The notes beneath the pieces are model-generated. The model did no database searches. It saw only the letters and a program-made list of their open reading frames with translations, and had not been told where the DNA came from. This document shows, in pieces, positions 1 to 12,913 of a DNA stretch of 64,000 nt. Each line of letters begins with the position of its first letter. Position 1 is the stretch's first letter. The stretch spans positions 25,670,001 to 25,734,000 of the forward strand of contig NC_087245.1 of NCBI RefSeq assembly GCF_037042905.1, written 5' to 3'. The position numbers and the translations under genes were made by a program. The DNA is from Lytechinus pictus. Lineage: Eukaryota.

Positions 1-159
1 ACCCTTATATCCAATTTTCATGAAATTGGTACATATACTTTTTAAGTTATGACATTTCAAAGAATAAACCTTGGTTCAGATTTCAATGTTGATGACGACG
101 CCGTCGCCGTCGGAAATGTGGCGCCTACAGTATCGATATGCTGTGTGAGATAAGACCCT

Positions 160-194
<35 letters not shown>

Positions 195-910
195 CCCAAA
201 CCAAACAATTGATAATAAACTCGTAGTTCAGTGACCTTAAATGACACTTGACCTTGACTAGGAACATGATATTCTATTGTGATATCTAATAATCTTCTCA
301 GGCATGTATCATTATTTGATTTGAACAAATACTTTTGAACGATGAACACATATATTCATTTATCAGAGTTATCTCATTTACAATGACCTTTAACCTTGAC
401 CAAATTACCTAAAATCGTCATCATGCAAGTGGGACAACTGATAACCATTACATCGAATATTAACAGAATAATGAAGACATGGGATTTCAATATTGATTCA
501 ATTTTTTTTTTGAAAAGCGATACCAATTTATTGACCCCAGACAACCTTTGACCTTAACTTAGTGACCTGACATTATATTCACTCATATCCCGATATATGA
601 TAATCATTATGAAACAGTGACTTTCAAAAGTATTTCGCAAATTACTATTTATTATTAACCTTGGTTGGTTAAGGTTTGGATGTTGATACAGCGATCCCAA
701 AGTTCACTGACCATAACCTTTAATACTGATCGTCGGGCATGAAATTCATGTCACGTGAACAGTGATAATGATTGCCCATATATCCAAGTTTCATGAAATG
801 TGTGCTCACACTTTCATAGTTATGATGCTAAATTATTTCAAAAAATAAGTATTCAGTGTTGACGACGCCGCCGCTACCGCAGCTGCCGTCGGAAGAGCGG
901 CCACTATATA
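1..910. repeat. Interspersed repeat with TGACCTT(GA) motifs, two related end modules and an internal (CA)n
   Basis: 1-128 and ~775-908 are homologous (CCAA.TTTCATGAAAT ... GACGACGCCG..GC ... GCCGTCGGAA); several TGACCTT motifs lie between; (CA)n at ~162-191. Family unassigned; Helentron-like non-autonomous origin is a guess. Confidence 0.6.
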
Positions 911-1521
911 CAAAGTAAACATAGCATTTTAGAAAATATCGAAGAAGGAATATATACGAGAACGTAGAGCGTAGCATATTATATCATTAATGCTTTTACA
1001 ATTTGTATTTATATCTGCGCTTTCACTATTAATGTTTGTTGGTTCAACTTCATAAAGGAATATTGATGAATAGGGTGTTTGCTTTTTCATATACTGTCCG
1101 ATGAAGACTTTCAGTTTTAGTGAATGAGTTGTTGAGAAGAGAACATACCAATAGCAGTGTGATGAATGATAATTGCTTGCTGACTCAACTGCAAAGTTAA
1201 TCATAATCCTGTTTAAAAGTCGCGTGGATATTTTTTTTATTGAACGTTTGCAAATTCTAAATATTTTTAACAACGCAGTTAAACAATAGTCAACATGTGA
1301 CCAGAAATTAAAGCAACGTTAAAATAGTTTTGATGAATACGTTTTTTACAGATGTTAATATATCAAATAGAACGAAATTTTTGAGTACATGTGCGATATA
1401 GTAAAAAAAAAACACACTAGCTAGACGCAAACAAAAGTGATTACTGGGACGTAGGGTTAGAAGGGGAAAATAAAGATGCTACATATTTAACAAAATTTTA
1501 AATGAACCGATTGCTACTGAC

Positions 1522-1736
1522 CTCCATAACTCCACAAATTCGTTTGCCTGTCCAAACCTCATGGCCAAATCCAGATCCCTGCCCTGTTTATCATGAAACT
1601 CATTGTCAGGATTACCATCAAATGTTCCACAAAGACCAACTGTACGATTGAAGTCAAGAGAGGGCGCTTGAACAGTGATACTCATGCCCCAGTCGGAGAT
1701 ATCAGCTCGAATGAAGGCCCCTGATGAAAATTCAAC
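1522..1736 (-). CDS. VWDE: VWDE-like exon 13 (end of VWD): [71 protein letters not shown](R); gene continues beyond the window
   Basis: Acceptor ccatttag, donor GAG|gtcagt, 215 nt, phase 0-2. [25 protein letters not shown] and F...WR motifs. Confidence 0.95.
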
Positions 1737-2325
1737 CTAAATGGAAGAGGAAATTGACAATAAAAAAACTTCAAGAAATGTACTAAAACTCTATCTGACA
1801 GCATGGGAAGTCATGTTTTGTTCAAACTGGAGATTCAACTACAGAAATTCAACTACAAGACAAGATGCCTCGATTTAGTGGAAATGACGTCTGACAATAA
1901 TAGCTACAAAGACTATATAACTTAAGAATAACTGAATAGTACTAAATGTCAATAATTTATCGCACCCTTTGTAAATAAATCACTAGCACACAAACGAAAT
2001 TGTGATCAGGTTCTTGGAGATTTACCATTCAATAAACCTAAGTCTCTTTTGAAATATCAGGTTTTTAAATTTTTCCTGGCACTGTACCTCCCTCCCCTTC
2101 GGATTTATTTCTGAACTTTGTATCTCTATCATGTCTTTATTCTGATCGCATTTATTCATTCCTTCAATTTTCTTTCTCTTATCTCACCTTACCAGGCTCT
2201 GTACCGTCTCTCTTCAAATCAATTCCTATACCTCTTTCAAAACATTGACAAACACACGAACCCTCCGAGGCAAAATATAGACATAGCTGTCAGCAAGCCT
2301 AATTTGCAAAGCGATTCAAACTCAC

Positions 2326-2535
2326 GGTAATTTTGGTTCCGTTTTTGGCCTGCTTAATTTTGACCCCGTCCGTCAGAGGCTGGGGGCTCCTGACCCTTAC
2401 TTCCGCTCTGGTTTCTAGCACGTTACCATCGCACATGTCCACCGAGATGACGTCATTGTCTTCCTTGGCGACGAACCCACAGTTACAGGACACCTGCTCT
2501 GAGATACCGCCGCAGTTCCAGATACGGGTATGCAC
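2326..2535 (-). CDS. VWDE: VWDE-like exon 12 (VWD): VHTRIWNCGGISEQVSCNCGFVAKEDNDVISVDMCDGNVLETRAEVRVRSPQPLTDGVKIKQAKNGTKIT
   Basis: Acceptor cttttag, donor ACC|gtgagt, 210 nt, phase 0-0. SCNCGFVA.E..D....DMC.G motif. Confidence 0.95.
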
Positions 2536-2772
2536 CTAAAAGTGTTGAAGGGTAAGAACTGGCGATTAACTCTTAGATTAATTTCAATTAATCAACACTG
2601 ATTAAGGTCACTGACAATTGCGGATAAACATGTAAAGAGGCTCGTGGAGAACTGGGGACCTTGCCGAAAGAGATGTGTTGAAACTCGGCTTGGAAAAAAG
2701 ACCAAGTACGTGCTTCCGACTAGTTCAAAGTCAAGTTGCGATTGGTTGATTGAATATTTCGAGTATCACCTA

Positions 2773-4028
2773 GGCCCCATCTTACAAGGAGTTTTAATTG
2801 ATCCAATTAATATCCAATTGATCCTAATTATGGAAAACCTATAATTGCATAATTTTTCTTTCAGAAAATTAAAATATAGTCCCTCTATAAAAAGAGAGGA
2901 CCACGCTGATCGTTGAAACACTAATATAATATACTGTATACTTATATTTAACAAAAATAACCGATATACAGTGCGTATCAAAAAAAAGTTTACACTTTGA
3001 AAAAGCCCTGGGAATTAAAAAATATACAACATGTGGGTAATTTTTTCACATGTAAACTTGGTTTTGGGTCTCATCTATCCAATGAAAGTAAAAGTTTTGA
3101 CAGAATGTTACACTTGAGTGAGCTCTGTCCATCTTTCTAAAGCTCGCAGAAATCTGTTTGCGCAGAAATGCTCGTTTTCACTCTGTGTCAAGGGGAAAGG
3201 GCGAAATCAAACTTACCCTGCGAAACATTTCTCATACATTTCGCTTGCACTTTTAGTCAATTGAAATAAAACGGTACATTCAAGCATTTTGTAACAATTT
3301 TGCCACCCAAATTGAAATTTCAATACTTAGTAAGCACAACCTTTAACCTTTACCCTTTTTGTGCCAGCTGGATCTGAGAACATAACTGAATCTGAACAAA
3401 AGTTTATATCAGACATCTCAGCATTTTTTCACTAGGTTTTTATCATTTAAAGTTGATTTACATTTTAATTTTTCATTTAATACTTGTTCCTCCACACTTT
3501 TAGCAAGCTTGACAATGATTAACAAAATGAAAATCAAGCCTAAGCCATTTCATGTAAATCACAGCTCAGTGTAAAGTAAATATCGTCACTATGGCCTCGG
3601 TGTGTGGGGGAGTGGGGTTGGGCGCAATGCACTCTTTGAAGTGTTTGGGCAAGGAAACAAGTTAATAAATGTAGAAGATATCTTGAAATTAATTTACTAG
3701 CTAAATTCCATGTCTTCTTCATGATTAAGGTCCACTTTTATTCGCATAACTATTTCAAAGTTCTGCGCAAATCATTTTTCACTAACTTTTCAAAAGTAAG
3801 CGGTGCTCATTCAAGCGGAAGTATTTTTCGACAGTTATATCGTCATTTGCTTAAGTGGATCTGTACCAATGTTAAAATGTAGAAAGATCTTTAGGATATT
3901 ACAAATTTATAATTTTACAGGATTTTTTCTAAGTGTAAACTTTTTTTTGATACGCACTGTATATGAAATCTCTGGCTTTCCATCATTTCGATTATTCAGA
4001 GCAATCAAAACATTTTGTAAAACGGGGC
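2773..4028. mobile_element. Degenerate PIF/Harbinger-like MITE split by a Tc1-like insertion
   Basis: Left end GGCCCCATCTTACAAGGAGTT, right end TTTTGTAAAACGGGGC. CTGGCTTTCCAT near 3972 is the reverse complement of sequence in the element at 43334-43598. Confidence 0.55.
2969..3959. mobile_element. Non-autonomous Tc1/mariner-type DNA transposon (991 bp)
   Basis: Perfect ~29-bp TIR CAGTGCGTATCAAAAAAAAGTTTACACTT, flanked by TA on both sides (2967-2968, 3960-3961); no transposase ORF. Confidence 0.88.
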
Positions 4029-4057
4029 GCAAGTGAACTCATGATAGGAATAAAAAT

Positions 4058-4827
4058 ACACATAGACAGGACATTACCTACAAAACACACACGCGCGTTC
4101 TCATCACCCCACGCACACACCCCACACACACAATCCCCCACACACACCATAACGCACACCCGTATACGTCGACACATAAAGGAATAAAAAGAGGAGACAT
4201 TGAGAATGATTGAAACTAAAAAATAATAAGATTGAGTTGTCGAGAGGAACGATGAGAAGGCAATGCAAACTAGTTGATTTGGGAGGCAATACCACCAGAA
4301 GAAGAAAGGTTGCAACTAAACCAGCGGAATTCCAAACCAAAAAATAAATTCTACATAAGAAACCACAACAAAGGTTTTGCACAATTCATACTCATTATAC
4401 CGCAGGGGTGAGATATCTCCTTATGCAACTATACAGCATAATTTCGCTATTGAAACGAGTGGGGACGCTTTTGGGAATGAAAATAACCCTTCCCAAACTT
4501 CTTGTTCGCATCCTTGTTTTTAGTCCATTAGAGAACAAAAGAACAAAAGAAAGAAAGAAAGGAAGGAAGGAAGGAAGGAATGAAGAAAGAAAGACAGAAA
4601 GAAAGAAAAATAAAGAGAGAAAAAGGAATAAAGAACGAAATAAATGAATGGAACATTTTCAACGCACAAGCAAACACACACACCCAACTTCGCGCGCACA
4701 CACATAGACAGGACATTACCTACAAAACACACACGCGCGTTCTCATCACCCCACGCACACACCCCACACACACAATCCCCCACACACACCATAACGCACA
4801 CCCGTATACGTCGACACATAAAGGAAT
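4058..4827 (+). repeat. Identical 128-bp direct repeat (4058-4185 and 4700-4827), with a GAAA/GGAA tract between the copies
   Basis: Both copies read ACACATAGACAGGACATTACC...GTCGACACATAAAGGAAT with no difference I could see. Confidence 0.92.
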
Positions 4828-6384
4828 CCCCTCCCTTGGTATGAAGACATCTCGCCTCTGAGAAAAGTCATCGTACTTAGCATAGGCAAGAGTGATGATG
4901 GGGGAATTCAATTCTGTTATCACAATTAAACATATTTGAGGATCTAGGATACGTTGACTTGACTAATGAGAGAAGGCCTCCAAGAAGGAAGTTACACCTT
5001 CTTAACAAGTTTCAAATCTTAGCATAGTACAGGGCATATGGGAATCATTCAATTAACATACAGGTGCTGATTCGATCCATACGAATCCGCGTGGCCCACT
5101 TACTTAATACCTAACACAGTTTACATGAGGTGCATGACATGTCGTCTTAAGGACTGCTTCGTGTTTGCTCGTCTCTTGACAATTCATTTCCCGAATCCAA
5201 GAAAAAATGAAATGCTAAACCATATATCAAGTTTTACTTTTTTAAATCCCCCAATTTTAAGTCCATGCCGGGGTTGCATCTCACTGTTTCAATTAATTAC
5301 TAGATCTGTGGAGGTTGCTTTCTGAAATTGTAAATACGTGCTCAATTTTCCTTTTTAAAGGAAAATTACTTTTCATTTTGAAGTTGCTCAGTCCATTTGA
5401 TGGGTGGGGCCTATTTATTCCCCTGTCAGAACTCGGTTGTAAGCGCGGGATCGCGACGAAAATATGCATGCTCTTCTCCCACGTTCAACTGTAAAAAATC
5501 TATAGGTAAATGCTCACAAATTATCAAAATTTGTTCTAATAATGCATGCATAATAACGAAGTTCATCTTTTAAAGTACTAAATATTTATCTAGACACTCT
5601 TTTTAGAATTTTCATAAAACCTACATAATGTACAAAACAATAGTGGCAATAAAAATATCTTATGGAATTCAATGTTTTTGAAAATCATTTATTTCTTCTT
5701 TTTTTAATATTAATTGTCAGTGGCACTATTTTTACTATTAACAACCAGAAATTAATTGGTTTTCATGAAAGTAATTAGAGAATAATGATGAATTTTGGAG
5801 AGAAAAATAAATACTTTTTTTTTTTTACATGAAATCACATTTGTGAGCAATTTGGATCTCACACGCACTACAAAATATTTACTAAATTCGAGACAGTGTA
5901 TCAGGGCGTCGCAAATTACGGATCAAAAGTTGCGTTAAAAAAAAAAATAATAATGAAACATCCAGCGCAAGCTTTTCAATCTATCACGAAATATGTCAAG
6001 GGTTATTTATATATTGTTAAAGAAAAATAATCAATTGCCGAGAGAGAACGAGCGATTAGAATTTCACCAAAAACATCGACGTTGAAAGAAAATATATAAT
6101 GGTCATTTCAAAGTTTATGAAATCGGCATGTTAGATGATATACAAATATAATGCACATCACTGCCCCCTGATACCAAAGTTTCAGATGTAATTTTTTTTT
6201 GCAGCTGTAATTTGTCTGTCTTAATTAATGGAACTGGAATTACATAAAACTGGCCCTCCATTATCTTTTTAAATCAACTTGCAACTATTCTCTAAATCTT
6301 GTCCCCTTAACTGGGGACCCATAAAGTGTTGTAATCCTTATCAAATGAGTAAGCTAAATAAAAGAACATGTATAATATACTCAC

Positions 6385-6448
6385 CTCGAACTCTCTCCTA
6401 AGACTCTTATAGAGGACAAATGTTCCGGTTTTGTAGAAGTCATATTTC
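6385..6448 (-). CDS. VWDE: VWDE-like exon 11 (VWD): (K)KYDFYKTGTFVLYKSLRREFE
   Basis: Acceptor ttcttctcag, donor GAG|gtgagt, 64 nt, phase 2-0. YD..KTGTFVLYKS...FE motif. Confidence 0.93.
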
Positions 6449-7389
6449 CTGAGAAGAATAAGTGGAGATAATCATCAGACCTTATTTCAGTTAGCATTAA
6501 ACATAATTAAATGTTTTTGCAGAGATGGTGATTTATTTTGAAGAATGTGATCAAGAGAAAACTAAAATGAAATAAAAAATAATTGTTCTACCAGTACTGA
6601 AGTATCGCTTCATATTACTTCATATTGAGCATATTAAGGAATAAATTCCTGCCGGGCATCCATATGCTTCACCTTTAATACCAATTAGATGAGAGCCATT
6701 ATCATTTATGAACCAGAAAGTTTCTTTCAGCTGTTAATATGAACGCAAGGCATGACATTACGCCTGTGTAAATTATTCTAATTAGTAGCGATGCTATTGT
6801 CTGATATTGTCAACTAAACAAATTCAAGCACATTATACACTATCTTGCGTTTTATCACGAGCATGTCTGTATTCATCGCCATTTATAAATATATTTTACC
6901 AATAACTGATGCATATTGGGGCATTGATTGCCTGATGCAAAGACTAAATGTAGAAAAGGGAGTATACTACTCATGTCCGGTGAGTGGATCTATGTACACG
7001 CCATGTTTAGTCATGAGACCGTATCACGTGATACTCCTGGGATACAGTGCCTTTCAGTGGAGGAGTGAGATTAGTATGAGTAGGGGTGGGATGGGGCACA
7101 GGACGTGAAAGCTACTTCAGAGCCTCTTCAACCAATCATCTAAAATTATACAAGACAGCCTCTCTAACAGAAGCTCCTAAAGGCAGTCAATATTTAGGCC
7201 TACTCTAGAGAAGGACATAGAATCATATCATTATATTGGCTATTCCCAAACTTGCATGACCCTCATATCGGTCAGCCCAGTTGAACCAAATACTGGTGAT
7301 TTAATTTTATGCACAACTTAAAGTCTCAGAGCAACAATAATGTGGAGGGTTGATCACTAAAAAGTTGATCCCTTGCATAGGGCTATCAT

Positions 7390-7568
7390 GGGTGTTTCAT
7401 AAAGCTGTTCGTAAGTTAAGAGCGACTTTAAGAGCGACTGGTGAACCTTTCTTACGCCCTACAAAATCACCAATGAACATCTTAGGGTGAATATCATCTA
7501 CACAAGAAAGGATCACCAGTCGTTCTTAAAGTCACTCTTAACTTACGAGCAGCTTTATGAAATGGCCC
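7390..7568. mobile_element. Fold-back MITE (~180 bp), PIF/Harbinger-like GGG..CCC ends
   Basis: ~65-bp imperfect TIRs (TTTCATAAAGCTG.TCGTAAGTTAAGAG.GACTTTAAGA.CGACTGGTGA); TSD unclear. Confidence 0.8.
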
Positions 7569-7807
7569 AATGACCTCAATGGTATACTGTGGGATGGCGA
7601 TGTAAAACGTAACCACTTAACGGGACAATGCGTGAAAGGGAGGGGTGGGGGTTGTAACTGCTATTGTTTGACAGTAAATAGGCGAATTATATCCTGGCGC
7701 TAAAACTGAGTGCAATATGAAACATGTTCATTGCACATACCTTTTTTTATAATAAAATCGTTAAAAAAACACTGAAAATACTACCAAAAAATCCTGAGTA
7801 TACTTAC

Positions 7808-7881
7808 TTTCTGTCGAAAGTTATGAAGTGTGGGTCTGTGAAAGAGTAGCACTGTGCCGTTGGGATATCATTCACTATAAC
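7808..7881 (-). CDS. VWDE: VWDE-like exon 10 (start of VWD domain): [24 protein letters not shown](K)
   Basis: Acceptor tttttaaag, donor AAA|gtaagt, 74 nt, phase 0-2. C....DPH..TFD VWD signature. Confidence 0.94.
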
Positions 7882-8438
7882 CTTTAAAAAAGAACACAAT
7901 GCCTGAGGTAAATACATTTACAAACTCTGATATTCTACTTACCATTTACCACACATCTGTATCAACAAGACCAGTTACAATTTACAAATCATAATTATGG
8001 TGGTATCAGTCATGAAGTTTTATATTGAGTCATCATAATTTACAATAAAATTATGCAGGATAAAAGCAAGCAATATTTTTACAGTGCTGAAGGGAAAATA
8101 TGTGGAACATTTATTATTTTCATGTGATGCAATACCAAAAAATGTTTAGTGTGTAACACCATTGGTTCCCTCATTTTCGTACCGCCTGTGTTGTGCGTCT
8201 AACTGATTCGGAAAATTTTATTAGTCAACTTTTAGATCTTACATCAATAAAATGATCTCTTGAGTTATTATGTTTAGTTCTATTAATGCAAGTTAGCTTG
8301 TTTTATAGTATAGGAATGTACTTTGTCATTTAACTAATAAAGGATTTCGTTTACAGCCAAATGTTTTAAAAAACATTTTAAAAGTGTATGCGTTTGGTAA
8401 ATTTCAAAGTAGTTAAATAAATTGATAAATTATTTCAC

Positions 8439-8656
8439 CTCAAGATCGTTAGGATTGAAGCCACTCCAGAACGGATCCGAACTAATCACGTCACCGGTGA
8501 TGATCTCATTGCTTGTCCGTCCGTCATGTTGAAAGTCTGTTACAGCAGTTACGAACATGAATGCTTGACGACATCGGGTTTCCGTTGTACCACACGATCG
8601 AGGACGAAGTTCTACGAAACATTCCGATAGAGCTATGTCGTATCCAACTTCTGCAT
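8439..8656 (-). CDS. VWDE: VWDE-like exon 9: (D)AEVGYDIALSECFVELRPRSCGTTETRCRQAFMFVTAVTDFQHDGRTSNEIITGDVISSDPFWSGFNPNDLE
   Basis: Acceptor tctcgcacag, donor GAG|gtgaaa, 218 nt, phase 1-0. ALS.C.V.L, TAVTDF..DG and D..W.G..P motifs. Confidence 0.92.
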
Positions 8657-9078
8657 CTGTGCGAGAAGGTAAACCATTTCAAAATGGAATAAGACTCCAT
8701 TAGTTGGAACAATGTAAGTTTATCATGATTTTCGTCGCAGACTTTGACTAAAATGAAATATGATGTTACATTCATTTCTCATCTCTTTCAGAAAAATAGC
8801 GTTTCTCCAATATTTTTATGCCTTTATCATGAATGGAGTTGGAAATTATTCCACAAAATCATTGAATTAGTCATGAAATACTGCTGCTGTTCATTCAATC
8901 TTGGAATAACATGGAGGTATACAGGGTTTTTTTTTTTTTGGGGGGGATATTTCATTTTTATTCCATTTCAATTAATTTTTTTTACAAAGGAAGAATAGTG
9001 ATGCATTAAACAGGGTATTATTATGGATTTTGTTATTCCTGGAGTAGTTGAAAGAGGTATAAAAACCATTGAACGTAC

Positions 9079-9214
9079 CATTACTAATGGTAGAAAGAGG
9101 TATAAGAACAGAACAGCTTTGCTCAGGATCATCACAATGGATAGGCACTGTACTCTCAAAGGCCACTAGATGACGCTGCCCATCTTCTGCAATCTCTAAT
9201 CTTCTCGGCGATAC
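9079..9214 (-). CDS. VWDE: VWDE-like exon 8: VSPRRLEIAEDGQRHLVAFESTVPIHCDDPEQSCSVLIPLSTISN(D)
   Basis: Acceptor cattcag, donor ATG|gtacgt, 136 nt, phase 0-1. I.EDG...ESTVPI.C motif characteristic of VWDE. Confidence 0.92.
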
Positions 9215-9526
9215 CTGAATGTAACAGTAATAATAAACAGTCATTTATCACTATAAGCATCCAAATATATCGACAAAAATGATGGCATGTCAAAGGCTTT
9301 ATGGAGGTCATAATGTTGTGATGTAAAATGTTTCTGGTAAGTGCTAAAAGGATGTGAGGAGAAGGTATGATAAAGGGGATTTTGAGAAATTCGTACTATG
9401 ATAAATTGAAAACAGAGAAAATGACAGTCGCCAATTGCACATCATGGAAGTGATAAATTTCTACATAAACAGACCAGGAGAGAGATTGTTACAATGTTTT
9501 TATACATGAAATCTTGACATACTTAC

Positions 9527-9616
9527 CGATATTGTTATATGAAACGGATCACTCTCTATTGGCGGGCTCTTTAGTTGTCTGGTTGCATTGAAAAATGCTT
9601 GCACAGTGCAAATGAC
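9527..9616 (-). CDS. VWDE: VWDE-like exon 7: VICTVQAFFNATRQLKSPPIESDPFHITIS
   Basis: Acceptor ttttttag, donor TCG|gtaagt, 90 nt, phase 0-0. C....FF...S..IES..F pattern. Confidence 0.88.
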
Positions 9617-9861
9617 CTAAAAAAGAACATTGAAGAAAGAGAGTTGAACGGTAGACAGGTAGGAAGGATTACAAGATAACTAATCAGGAGGGGGAAAGAA
9701 CCGAAACATTTACAACAAAATGAATGAAAACCGAATAAATAAAAAAACATTACAAATACACTCGTTTCGCGTTTTAACCAGATAGGCATATATTTTCAAT
9801 GCGTCTCGCGTGTATACACTCATAGAATTGATTACCCCCTCCCCTAGTCTGTTATACTTAC

Positions 9862-9960
9862 TTTATCCCCTAATGAGAAATGTTTTCGGAGTTCTAAGGA
9901 GGCAAAGTTGTCGAATGTGTCATTTGTGGTGAGTTGATGATACATCTCGTCTGGTCCAGC
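9862..9960 (-). CDS. VWDE: VWDE-like exon 6: AGPDEMYHQLTTNDTFDNFASLELRKHFSLGDK
   Basis: Acceptor tttaatag, donor AAA|gtaagt, 99 nt, phase 0-0. LEL...LGD motif as in VWDE. Confidence 0.87.
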
Positions 9961-11307
9961 CTATTAAAGTGTGAGAAATAATACTCAATGAAAACAAACG
10001 AATGAACATTTACAATACCCCTTTTAAATGGTATGAAATATGATGCCATATGCGTGACCGGAGGTTTGTTATTCATACTATTTCTTGTGAAATTATTCTT
10101 AAGTGGAAACTTTGCAAGTTTAAAAATCATGTAATACATAAAATCAATGGAATATTATTGGCTTCATAATTCATGGTATATCATATCCTATATCCGATGA
10201 TTTGATTATAATTTGGCGATATCATCTGCCCAAGGCTTGAGATCATGATGGACTAAGACTCTTGGGGCTTGGGCAAGCAGACCACATAATGAGTTATACA
10301 GTATGGAGTTCGCGGAGCAATCAGAGTACAGAAAATATTGGGTTATACACTTTATTAACCGTTTTGGTTGCTGACGGTTTCTTAATAATAGGGAAATGAA
10401 TAAAAATATTTCAAATACAACATGACATACCATTAAGAAACATACACGTATTGCAACAATACTATAATACTTCAAGGAGCTAGAGATTTTTTTTCTTCAA
10501 AATTGAAACAAATATATTGAATAAAATAATAATATTCGTAGTGACAGTGGCTCATCCATAACTGAAATATAGAATAGGTTCGAAGGAACTTGCAGCTTCT
10601 GATATGATCGCTTGCATAATATGATCTAACACGAATTTCACTTCAAAAAGTCAACCCTAAAAGTCCAGGGGGACAATGCAATAATATGATTAAATTATTA
10701 AGATAAGAGCATACATTAGATCGGATATCTTTTCATTCGGGTACCATACTTGTAATTCCAGTATAAATCACGACATAGTTTACGCGTGTCGATGTATATT
10801 TTATGATAAACAACAAAAATGATGGCTGTTTTCACTAAGATAATTTTTCTTCGGTCGAAAATTTGACCAACTTTTGGTCAAAATGCCAATAAATCAAAAT
10901 CTCTAGTTTTCGATCAAATCTTGGTCAAAATTAGGAGTTTGTCCAATAACTGAGCTACAAACCTGAATCACAAATAAATTCAACATTTAGCACAGCAAAA
11001 TAAAGTTAAAAAAAAAAAATTCCCCACAAATAACATAGATAAAAAGACTGGGCATCATAATTTTATTGAATATTCCCCAAGTTGTCTCAATCTCTGTGAA
11101 GGTTGCGCCATTCGAAATAAAGTCACAGTCCTAGTTAAATGGGACGATAATTGAAAATGACAGAGGGGTGCTCCGGTAACACAGTTATAGTGTAATTATC
11201 TCTCGGATATCTTGTCCATTATGCGACCTTCTCCTCCAATTTCTGAGGAGCTGTCTTGATCAATGTTTCACATATATCAATCACATTTTGACTCAGGAAC
11301 ACCGTTA

Positions 11308-11722
11308 GTTCAATTCAATTCAATTCAATTCGGTTTATTATGAAAGACATTGTAAAACAGTCCGAAGACTGACACATACAAAGTTAACAGAAAAAAGGAA
11401 AAATACATTAAATTATATACCTACGAATTAACAAAATATAGTAAGAACATAATGGTAAGATTAAATATTGCACTCGAGGTTCAGAAATATAATTAAGGGG
11501 ATAATGCAAACTTTTAAACTTTTTTAGTTTTACGTTACATCAGAAACGTATCAAATTATAAAATACAATCTATTCAATATCTCTACGTCCCAAACAAGAT
11601 TACAGAAGTTTTGACAAGGACAAAACATACCAAAAAAAGCTTTAATTATTCCGTAATGGATACCGCATGAGGCCTCAAACGCTAAGATAGTCTTTATATG
11701 CCATAATGCGATATTTGTGGCG
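11308..11722 (-). mobile_element. Probable LINE 3' end with (GAATT)n tail
   Basis: Minus strand reads hairpin CAGTCTTCGGACTG, then AATAAA, then (GAATT)4; the TTAA element at 11727 abuts it. Confidence 0.45.
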
Positions 11723-11726
11723 TTAA

Positions 11727-12321
11727 AGGGGAATCCAGCCTTGGCCATTAAATATTGTGTTTGGAAGGAGAAAAATAAATTAAACAGAATGGTGAAAGTT
11801 TGAAAGAAATCAGACAAGCAATAAGAAAGTTATAGCTGCTTTGAAATTGAGATCACTAACACTATGTAGATTTCAAATTGGCAACTGGGTAAGTAAATTA
11901 TGACAAGGGGCAAGGACAACTTTCCCATAGGCCATGTACTTTATTATCAGGGATTTGTGGTTTTCTCCTAAGTACCCATTCCCCTGGGGCAGTAATCTAA
12001 ATATAACCCAGGTAGTATATTGTTTTATGTCCTCATGAAATAAAAATATAATTTGAAATAAAACTTTTGGGAAAAATGACATTCTAGCCATAATATGTAT
12101 TGGAGTACATGGAAGAGTAGTCCTTGCCTTACATCACTATGACATCCCATATGTGGCCAATTTGAGGTCTCCATGGGTATAGTGATTACCCATATTTACA
12201 ACTTTTAAAAATTCATAACTTTCTTGTTGTTTGTCCAATATTGTTCAAACTTTCACCTATCAACTTGTCTGATTTTTCTTTTCCTTATAAAATCAAGTTT
12301 TTATTTGGGTTGGATTCCCCT
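11727..12321. mobile_element. Non-autonomous TTAA-target DNA transposon (Kolobok-like)
   Basis: TIR AGGGGAATCCA/TGGATTCCCCT, TTAA on both sides, long degenerate subterminal inverted repeats. Confidence 0.82.
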
Positions 12322-12913
12322 TTAAGAATCGAGCATTGCATTTATAACAAAAACAATAACCCTTCTGAAATCCTTGAGTAGTTACATTTGTCCTAGACCG
12401 AGGCCTACTAAAATTGATTAATAAAATAGGATTTTTATCTCGTGTTAGTAATAGTTAAAACAAATGTCGTAATGGTAATCGAAATGACAATCCCCCCTCC
12501 CCCCCCCCCACATAACTATCAAAACAGTTATTATACCTTTAACAGATCATAACGGTTACCTTAAACATGATAAACACAACAAAGAAGAGCACAAGAGCCA
12601 GAACGAGATATATCTATTTATAATCTCTCCTAAACTATATTTTCTTTCACGTGCCAGAAAGATAGCAAGGCTTGGCTCTTCAGCGTGTTTAAACATAAAT
12701 CAGAATCTATACTTATAAACAATTGGATTTTGAGATTTGGTTCTTATTTCGGGAAACACTGGATGATTTGCATCTTTGAGCTCAGGTTGGTTAACAATTG
12801 TGAAGAAAGAACAAGGAAGAAGGTGGGTAGTTTTGTCTAGACAACAAATGTCAATGGGGGAAGAAACAAGTGATGATAAGAGTGATAACAGTCCTGTACT
12901 CAAGAGCTTTCAC

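Noticed and set aside
1..1521. Next VWDE exon after exon 13
   Set aside because: I found no phase-2 acceptor with a VWDE-like frame; the region is repeat and AT-rich intron, so the exon probably lies outside the window.
3963..4923. Overlapping H/T- and C/V-rich ORFs
   Set aside because: Come from CA-rich sequence and the 128-bp duplication; intronic.
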